DNA from: an uncultured bacterium
GTDB lineage: Bacteria > Gemmatimonadota > Gemmatimonadetes > JACCXV01 > JAHWKZ01
Assembly: GCA_965365605.1 (NCBI GenBank)
Contig: CBDUCI010000001.1
Span: forward strand, 1-42,943
Direction: 5' to 3'
Length of the DNA: 42,943 nt
Shown: piece by piece, positions 35,999 through 42,943 of the stretch
Layout of the letters: each line of letters begins with the position of its first letter
Position numbering within the stretch: the stretch's first letter is position 1
The notes under the pieces: model-generated
What the model was told of the DNA's origin: nothing
What the model saw: the letters and a program-made list of their open reading frames with translations, nothing else
Database searches by the model: none
Program-made: the position numbers and the translations under genes

Positions 35999-36160
35999 AT
36001 GAAGCGAACGTATCAGCCAAGCCGCAGAAAGCGTCGCAACAAGCACGGTTTTCGCGCCCGCATGAAATCTCGAAACGGTCGCAAGATCCTCGCCCGGCGG
36101 CGCCGGAGGGGTCGCGCTAAACTCAGCGTGTCAGCGGAGTTCGGCCGGAAGCGGCGCTAG
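35999..36160 (+). CDS. rpmH: 50S ribosomal protein L34
   Basis: My own translation: [53 protein letters not shown] (53 aa, TAG 36158-36160). This is the canonical L34 sequence in the canonical position upstream of rnpA. It is too short for the ORF track. Confidence 0.93.
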   Translation: MKRTYQPSRRKRRNKHGFRARMKSRNGRKILARRRRRGRAKLSVSAEFGRKRR

Positions 36161-36184
36161 GCGGCGTCAAGAATCCTTTACAGT

Positions 36185-36532
36185 GTGGGGAGCTTGGTGG
36201 GCCAGATCCCGCGGGGTCGTCGGATTACCACGCGCCGCGAGATCCTATCGCTGCTGAAAGGTCGGCGCGTGCAGGGCGGGGCACTTGAGTTGTTCTGGCG
36301 GCCAGCGGCACAGGACCGGCCTCGCGGAGCTTGTATCACGCCAAAATTCGGGCACACCAGCGTTGAGCGAAACCGTTTACGGCGTCGGCTCAAGGAGCTG
36401 ATGCGGGCCACCGTTCTCACTAGCCCGCACGAGCGCGACTACCTCGTCCGTGCTCGACCGAAAGCCTACGAGCTCGACTTTGAAGGGCTGGATACGGCCT
36501 TGAAAGAGCTGCTCGACGAGACCGGAGGGTGA
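36185..36532 (+). CDS. rnpA: Ribonuclease P protein component
   Basis: Basic 115-aa protein with an RNR-type motif ([13 protein letters not shown]), immediately after rpmH. Confidence 0.9.
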   Translation: MGSLVGQIPRGRRITTRREILSLLKGRRVQGGALELFWRPAAQDRPRGACITPKFGHTSVERNRLRRRLKELMRATVLTSPHERDYLVRARPKAYELDFEGLDTALKELLDETGG

Positions 36533-36774
36533 TCGTGAAGTCGTTGATAGTATTACCGATACGAGCCTATCAGGTGCTCTTCGCCTGGGTCCCATCGTCA
36601 TGTCGATACTATCCGAGCTGCTCGACCTACGCGATTGAGGCGATCGAGACTCATGGCATGGTTCGCGGCGGCTGGCTGGCGGCGCGCCGCATCCTCAGGT
36701 GTCACCCCTGGCGGGTCGGAGGGGTCGACCCGGTGCCGCGACATCCGTCGGCCGAGGAGATGGACGGTCGGTGA
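36529..36774 (+). CDS. yidD: Membrane protein insertion efficiency factor YidD
   Basis: [13 protein letters not shown] and RCHPW motifs. The GTG start overlaps the rnpA stop (GTGA). Confidence 0.9.
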   Translation: MIVKSLIVLPIRAYQVLFAWVPSSCRYYPSCSTYAIEAIETHGMVRGGWLAARRILRCHPWRVGGVDPVPRHPSAEEMDGR

Positions 36775-38429
36775 ACGACCAACGACGAGTTCTGCTGGCA
36801 TTCTTGTTGATGGCCGTGGTTTTGGCCTTTTCGCAGTGGTGGTACTCGCGCATGAGCCCGCCGGAGGAAGCGGCCCCTACCGACGGCGTGCCGGCCGAAA
36901 CCGCCGCCCCTCAGCCGCCCCCGGCACCGGTCGAGGCCGCACCACCGACGGCGGTGCCGGCGCCGGCCCCGGCGATCGATAACGAACTGTTGGCCGAACG
37001 AGAAGTGCCGAGATCGGTGATCGTCGAAACGCCGTTTTACCGCGTTGCGATCAACCCTCGGGGCGGCTCGATGGAGTCGGTCGAGCTAAATCGCTATCCG
37101 TCCTTTACCAGCTCGGGGCCGGTCCAGCTGGTTCCGGAGTCGGCGAGCTTCCTGCGGCGGGCGGCCGATCTGGGGACCGATCGCTTGGTGCTGAGCGATA
37201 TCCGCTTCGCGGTCAGCGATACCCTGTTGCGGCTCGGTCCGGGCGATGAGGGCACAGATCTGACGCTGCGGTACCAATCGGGACAACGCGCGATAACACA
37301 GACATACCGCTTTGACCCGTCGGGCTACGTGATCGATTACGAACTGGATATCGATTCCTCGGCCGACGGAGTGTTGGTGACGAGCTTGGGCCCGCGGTTG
37401 GAGTCAAACGAGAAGAACTCGGGCGACGACTATCGCCAGATGCGCGCGGTCGCGAGGGTCGACGGGGAGGTCGTCAGCCGACAAGCCAAGGGGGTGGACG
37501 AGGGGGAGGGGCTGGCGCTGGCCGGCGATGTGGATTGGGCCGGGATCCGGAGCAAATACTTCGTGGCCGTCGTGATGGGGGAGTCGAACGACCGGCCGCT
37601 GAGCGCGGTGACGATGCACGGTGACGCGAGCGACAGCTTGCCGTCGCTCGACGTGGCGATAGGAACGCCGATTCGCGCCGGGCGGGCGGCGTACCGCCTG
37701 TATGTGGGGCCGCAGGAGTACCGGCGGTTGTCGCGCCTCAACGACGGGTTGGACGACGTGAATCAGTACGGGTGGTCGTGGATTCGCTGGATGATTACCC
37801 CGTTCGCCAAGCTGTGCGTGATCATCATGCTGTGGCTGCACAAGTTCATCCCGAGCTACGGCCTTGTGCTGATGGTGTTCGCGCTCCTGGTTCGATTCGT
37901 AACCTGGCCGTTGACGACTAAATCCTATCAATCGATCCAAGCGATGCAGAAGTTGCAGCCCGAGCTACAACGGATCCGCGAGCAGTACAAGGCGGATCCC
38001 CAACGGATGCAGCAGGAGACAATGGCCCTCTATCGCGAGAAGAAGGTAAACCCGTTGGGGGGATGCCTGCCGAACTTGATCCCGATGCCGATCCTGTTCG
38101 CGCTGTTCTTTGTATTCCAGTCCACGATCGAGTTCCGGGGTCAACCGTTTCTGTGGTTGGGAGACCTCTCGCAGCCGGACCCGCTGTACATCTTGCCCGT
38201 GTTGATGGGGGCGACGATCTACGCTTCGTCAAAGCTGACCGCGACGGACCCAAAAATGGCCGCGATGACGTACGTCATGCCCCTCGTGCTGACGTTTGTG
38301 TTTCTGAATCTGGCCGCGGGGCTCGTGCTGTACTACGCACTGTCTAACTTGTTAACTTTTGCACAGCAATGGTGGTTAAGGCACAGTATGGGGCACATGG
38401 ATGGCGAAATGGCGGAAGTGGCCGGGTGA
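36771..38429 (+). CDS. yidC: Membrane protein insertase YidC
   Basis: GTG 36771 overlaps the yidD stop (GTGA). N-terminal [16 protein letters not shown], large periplasmic domain, conserved C-terminal core ([24 protein letters not shown]). The track start at 36699 is an extension into yidD. Confidence 0.93.
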   Translation: MNDQRRVLLAFLLMAVVLAFSQWWYSRMSPPEEAAPTDGVPAETAAPQPPPAPVEAAPPTAVPAPAPAIDNELLAEREVPRSVIVETPFYRVAINPRGGSMESVELNRYPSFTSSGPVQLVPESASFLRRAADLGTDRLVLSDIRFAVSDTLLRLGPGDEGTDLTLRYQSGQRAITQTYRFDPSGYVIDYELDIDSSADGVLVTSLGPRLESNEKNSGDDYRQMRAVARVDGEVVSRQAKGVDEGEGLALAGDVDWAGIRSKYFVAVVMGESNDRPLSAVTMHGDASDSLPSLDVAIGTPIRAGRAAYRLYVGPQEYRRLSRLNDGLDDVNQYGWSWIRWMITPFAKLCVIIMLWLHKFIPSYGLVLMVFALLVRFVTWPLTTKSYQSIQAMQKLQPELQRIREQYKADPQRMQQETMALYREKKVNPLGGCLPNLIPMPILFALFFVFQSTIEFRGQPFLWLGDLSQPDPLYILPVLMGATIYASSKLTATDPKMAAMTYVMPLVLTFVFLNLAAGLVLYYALSNLLTFAQQWWLRHSMGHMDGEMAEVAG

Positions 38430-38562
38430 AGTTGCAGTTGCGTGGTGACTGAGACAGCGACAGATTGGTCTTGAAAATGGACAACTGGCCGCTTGGCCCA
38501 CCGATAGTACGATATCGAATCGCCCTGGATCGCCCGGGAAGTCGCGCAACGGGGGGGAATCG

Positions 38563-39549
38563 ATGAGTCGCGCGACAAACGACCGGCTGCCGAGCGCAGA
38601 GCAAGCACGCGCCCGTCTGGAGGAGGAGCTCGAACGGGCGTTCGCGGAGGATCCACCGGTGACCAAGGCGGATACGCAGGCCGATGTTTCACGTGAAACG
38701 GTGGCCGTCCCGGAGCCCCCATCGGTCTCGAGTGCCCCGCAAACCTTCCTCGACGGCGAAACGCCGGGTGTCGTTGAACGTCAAGATCGCACCGCCCGGC
38801 TCATAGCGATCGCCAACCAAAAAGGTGGGGTCGGCAAGACGACGACCGCCGTCAACCTCGCCGCCTCTTTGGCGGTGGCCGAGCGACGAACGCTATTGGT
38901 CGACCTCGATCCTCAGGGGAACGCTTCGAGCGGCCTGGGGATCGCGAAGGAGACCCTCGGTTCGAGCGTCTATGACGTGATCGTCAACGATGCGTCGATG
39001 CGTGACGTCGTGGTTCAGACGTCGATGGAGTACCTCGACGTTGCGCCCGCCACGGTCGACCTCTTCGGGGCTGAGGTCGAGTTGGTCAGTGCCATCGGGC
39101 GCGAGCATCGGTTGCGAGATGCGCTTGTCGATTTGAGGACCGATTATGAATTCATCTTTGTCGATTGTCCGCCATCTCTCGGTCTGCTCACGGTGAACGC
39201 GCTGACGGCCGTCGATTCGGTGCTGATCCCGATTCAGTGCGAGTACTATGCGCTCGAGGGGCTGTCGCAACTGCTGGGCACGATTCGGATCGTCCAGAAG
39301 CGACTCAACCGGGATCTCACGATCGAGGGCGTGTTGTTGACGATGTACGACTCGCGGCTCAACCTGGCGCGGCAGGTTCAAGACGAGGCGGTTGAGTACT
39401 TTGGTGAAAGCGTGTACGATACAGTCATCCCTCGTAACGTGCGGCTGTCGGAGGCACCGAGCTTCGGCAAGCCCGTGATTCTGTACGACATTCTGTCGGT
39501 TGGCGCGGAGAGCTACATGAAGCTCGCAGAGGAGTTGATGTCACGGTGA
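38563..39549 (+). CDS. parA: Chromosome partitioning ATPase ParA/Soj with about 75-aa N-terminal extension
   Basis: Deviant Walker A IANQKGGVGKTTTAVNLA; DLDPQGN; FIFVDCPPSLG. GTG 38701, immediately after parS, is an alternative start. Confidence 0.9.
   Translation: MSRATNDRLPSAEQARARLEEELERAFAEDPPVTKADTQADVSRETVAVPEPPSVSSAPQTFLDGETPGVVERQDRTARLIAIANQKGGVGKTTTAVNLAASLAVAERRTLLVDLDPQGNASSGLGIAKETLGSSVYDVIVNDASMRDVVVQTSMEYLDVAPATVDLFGAEVELVSAIGREHRLRDALVDLRTDYEFIFVDCPPSLGLLTVNALTAVDSVLIPIQCEYYALEGLSQLLGTIRIVQKRLNRDLTIEGVLLTMYDSRLNLARQVQDEAVEYFGESVYDTVIPRNVRLSEAPSFGKPVILYDILSVGAESYMKLAEELMSR
38685..38700. promoter_or_regulatory. parS: parS centromere-like site
   Basis: TGTTTCACGTGAAACG matches 15 of 16 positions of the palindromic consensus TGTTTCACGTGAAACA. 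I found only this one full site in the window. Confidence 0.8.
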
Positions 39550-40427
39550 CTCAGCAACGGCGACTAGGCAAGGGCCTCGGAGCGTTGCTCGGGGAGTCGG
39601 CGCTGGAGGCCACGCGCGCCGAACAGTTGGGCGGCACGCTGGAAGTGGATGTCGGCCGGATCGTGCCCAACCGGTACCAGCCGCGACAGACCTTTGATGA
39701 CAGCTCGATCACCGAGCTCGCGGAGTCGATCGGCCGCAAGGGTGTGCTCCAGCCGCTGATCGTTACACCACGCGCCGAGGGCGATTACATGCTGGTATCG
39801 GGAGAGCGGCGGCTGCGGGCAGCGCGGGAAGCCGGTCTCGCGGCGGTACCGGTGCTTGTTCGCGACGTCGGAGATCGAGAGCTCCTCGAGATCGCACTCA
39901 TCGAGAATCTGCAGCGAGAGGATCTCGATGCGATCGAGGAAGCCGTCGGCTACCAGCAGTTGATGGGAGAGTTCGGGTTGACCCAGGCGGAGGTCGGCCA
40001 ACAGGTCGGCCGCAGCCGACCGGCAGTAACCAACGCTCTGCGGCTGCTGGAGTTGCCGGACGCGGTGCAGTCGATGATCAGGGACGGCGCGCTCTCGGCG
40101 GGGCACGGTCGGGCCCTGCTGGGGCTCAAGGACCCCCGGCGGATCACCCCGATGGCGCGAAAGGCGGCCAAAGGCGGGTATTCCGTCAGGCAGGTGGAAC
40201 GGCTCGTCAAACGCGAGACAAGGGGCGTGAAGAAAGCGCCGGGCAAGCGTGGTGCAAGCGGCGAAGATGCCGAGCGCGCGCGGCTCGAGGAGGCGCTTCA
40301 GGAGCAGCTCGGAACGCGGGTCAAGATCCACCTGGAGAAGACGGGCAAGGGGCGAATCGAGGTCGCTTTCTATTCGCTCGAGGATCTGGAGCGTTTGGCC
40401 GAGAGGCTCGGGGCTGGGTCCTCATGA
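39546..40427 (+). CDS. parB: Chromosome partitioning protein ParB/Spo0J
   Basis: ParB box LVSGERRLRAAREAGL; HTH TQAEVGQQVGRSRPAVTNALRLL. The GTG start overlaps the parA stop (GTGA). Confidence 0.93.
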   Translation: MTQQRRLGKGLGALLGESALEATRAEQLGGTLEVDVGRIVPNRYQPRQTFDDSSITELAESIGRKGVLQPLIVTPRAEGDYMLVSGERRLRAAREAGLAAVPVLVRDVGDRELLEIALIENLQREDLDAIEEAVGYQQLMGEFGLTQAEVGQQVGRSRPAVTNALRLLELPDAVQSMIRDGALSAGHGRALLGLKDPRRITPMARKAAKGGYSVRQVERLVKRETRGVKKAPGKRGASGEDAERARLEEALQEQLGTRVKIHLEKTGKGRIEVAFYSLEDLERLAERLGAGSS

Positions 40428-41143
40428 GAGAGAAGTACCTGACTTTGCTGGTCGTTCCGCACGACGAACACAACGTGCGGCAGATCAAGCTCTCGTACCG
40501 CCGGCTGCAGCTGCTGGCCGCGCTGCTGGGTGTCGTGCTGGTGACCGTCCTCGTGGGGGTCGCCTCGTACGGGCGCGTTGCGGCACGCGCTGGCCGGGCC
40601 GTAGCGCTGGAGCGTGAGAACGCTCGCTTGGAGGTGGAGAACGCAAAGGTGGACGCGATCGCGCTGAACCTGGCGCGTACCGAGCAGGCCTACGAGCAGA
40701 TCCGGTCGATGGCGGGGTTGAAACCGGGGGTGTTGCCGGTCGAGGACGTGCAGCAACCGGCGGGTGCGGAGCCGCGATCTCCAAGGGGATGGCCGCTGGC
40801 CACCAAGGGGTTCGTGACCGCGCCGTTCGACGGCGTGGACGGCCATTCGGGCGTCGATATAGCGGTTCCGAGCAACACTCCAGTGGTGGCCACCGCCAGC
40901 GGCAAAGTCACTGCGAGCGGCTCGGATGATGTTCTGGGGGAGTTCGTCGTGATCGATCACGACGACGGTTATGAGACGATGTACGCACACAACGCCAACC
41001 GGCTGGTCACCAGCGGGGCCGCGGTCGAGCGTGGCCAAACCATCGCCTACAGCGGCAGCACCGGTCGCTCGACGGCGCCACACCTTCACTACGAAGTTCG
41101 CAGACGGGGCGAGCCGGTCGATCCGGCCCCGTACATGCGTTGA
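40424..41143 (+). CDS. M23 (LytM-domain) peptidase with N-terminal TM and coiled coil
   Basis: TM LLAALLGVVLVTVLVGV; coiled-coil ALERENARLEVENAKV; HSGVDIA ... YAHN ... HLHYEV metal-binding motifs. The ATG overlaps the parB stop (ATGA). Confidence 0.88.
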   Translation: MREKYLTLLVVPHDEHNVRQIKLSYRRLQLLAALLGVVLVTVLVGVASYGRVAARAGRAVALERENARLEVENAKVDAIALNLARTEQAYEQIRSMAGLKPGVLPVEDVQQPAGAEPRSPRGWPLATKGFVTAPFDGVDGHSGVDIAVPSNTPVVATASGKVTASGSDDVLGEFVVIDHDDGYETMYAHNANRLVTSGAAVERGQTIAYSGSTGRSTAPHLHYEVRRRGEPVDPAPYMR

Positions 41144-41193
41144 GGTCGCCCGACTTGAGAGAAGAGTCCATTTCCCAGTAGGAGGGAATAAGA

Positions 41194-41652
41194 ATGAGTA
41201 AGAAAGAGACGGTAAACGGTGGTGGCCTGAATTCGTTGCTCGGAACGGGTGTCGATTGCCAGGGCACGGCTCGGGTCGAGGGAACGTTGCGGCTCGACGG
41301 CACGTTTCGCGGCAACCTCGAGGTCGGGGACACATTGGTAATCGGTCAGACCGGCGCGCTAGAAGGCAAAGCGTATGGGCGCGAGGTTATCATCGCCGGC
41401 CGTTTCAAGGGTGAGGTCATGGGCACCGAACAGGTGGAGCTTCAGAAAGGGGCGCGTCTGGAGGGCGACGTGATCACGCGGTCATTTGTAATCGAGCCCG
41501 GGGTGTACTTCGCCGGCAACTGTAAGATGGAGTTCACCGAGGCCGATGAGGCCAAGCTCAAGGTCGGCCCGAAGAGCGCCAAGCCAGCCCCGCAACCGGA
41601 GAAATCGGACGACAAAGGCGACCAAGCGGTGCTCCGTTCGCTGTCCAAATGA
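41194..41652 (+). CDS. Bactofilin (DUF583 polymer-forming cytoskeletal protein)
   Basis: Beta-helical repeat pattern GTARVEGTLRLDGTFRGNLEVGDTLVIGQTGALEGKAYGREVIIAGRFKGEV...LEGDV; Lys/Pro-rich tail; GGAGGG RBS upstream. Confidence 0.88.
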   Translation: MSKKETVNGGGLNSLLGTGVDCQGTARVEGTLRLDGTFRGNLEVGDTLVIGQTGALEGKAYGREVIIAGRFKGEVMGTEQVELQKGARLEGDVITRSFVIEPGVYFAGNCKMEFTEADEAKLKVGPKSAKPAPQPEKSDDKGDQAVLRSLSK

Positions 41653-41708
41653 GGGGCGGTTGACGGGTCGCGGTTGTGTATACGCTCGCATTCGTGTCGT
41701 GCGGCCCG

Positions 41709-41788
41709 TTTATCCATAACCCGTTGCGGCACAACAACTTACGGCCACAGCCGCCGGCTCCTCCCTGGTTTTTCCACAGTTATCCACA
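41709..41788 (+). promoter_or_regulatory. DnaA-box cluster in convergent intergenic region
   Basis: TTATCCATA 41709-41717 (1 mismatch), TTTTCCACA 41770-41778 (1 mismatch), TTATCCACA 41780-41788 (perfect). All three share one orientation, and the last two have starts 10 bp apart. Confidence 0.6.
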
Positions 41789-41816
41789 GGCCACCCCCGC
41801 GGACATGCAGAGTGGG

Positions 41817-42943
<1,127 letters not shown>

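Noticed and set aside
36699-36770. 24-codon extension of yidC, and similar extensions of lysA (10967-11002), the propeller gene (9579-9707), the SH3 gene (13846-13905) and the secreted hypothetical (10978-11049)
   Set aside because: These are longest-ORF artefacts. In each case an internal start gives a proper signal peptide or homologue-like N-terminus and removes the overlap with the neighbouring gene.
41653-41708. TTGACG ... TATACG promoter-like pair after the bactofilin gene, and the 73-aa ORF at 41676..41897
   Set aside because: The spacer is only about 13 nt, so it is not a functional -35/-10 geometry. The ORF overlaps atpC antisense and has no RBS.

Overview
High-GC bacterial chromosome segment spanning the replication-origin neighbourhood. 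All product calls come from motifs I recognise by eye in the supplied translations; no searches were run.

Layout:
- Minus strand, 35816 down to 22380: dnaA, dnaN, recF, a DUF721/DciA-like gene, gyrB, gyrA, a REC-GAF-GGDEF response regulator, an alpha/beta hydrolase, moaD, moaE and two uncharacterised proteins.
- Plus strand from 35999: rpmH (53 aa, missing from the ORF track), rnpA, yidD, yidC, parA, parB, an M23 peptidase and a bactofilin. These converge on atpC and a partial atpD.
- Left 22 kb: an ECF-sigma module flanked by two LTXXQ periplasmic proteins, an M16 peptidase pair, a proline-rich glycine-zipper lipoprotein, a 141-aa Lys/Arg tandem-repeat protein, PBP4 (dacB), a beta-propeller protein and lysA. 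Also here are secreted and lipoprotein hypotheticals, a PPC/DUF296 protein, a triple-SH3b protein, trmL, and a tightly coupled string lipoprotein-dnaE-accA-moaC-rhodanese-SGNH.

I saw no rRNA, tRNA, CRISPR array, transposase, integrase or phage genes. Most other long ORFs in the track are antisense or out-of-frame shadows typical of high-GC DNA.

Most interesting observations:
1. The 71% Lys/Arg octapeptide-repeat protein (6543-6968).
2. Several genes whose homology-supported or coding-like N-termini lie upstream of any ATG/GTG/TTG. The cases are REC-GGDEF after gyrA, moaC after accA, and a hypothetical after moaE. In each, a CTG sits at or next to the upstream stop (CTGA), which suggests coupled CTG initiation.
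3. An uncharacterised two-gene module behind moaDE (22380-23785).
4. A cluster of DnaA boxes, one perfect, in a promoter-less convergent intergenic region at 41709-41788.
5. A near-consensus parS inside the parA 5' region.
6. A candidate oriC in the AT-rich dnaN-dnaA spacer.

No obvious defence island or mobile system is present. The undescribed-system candidates are hypotheses, not demonstrations.
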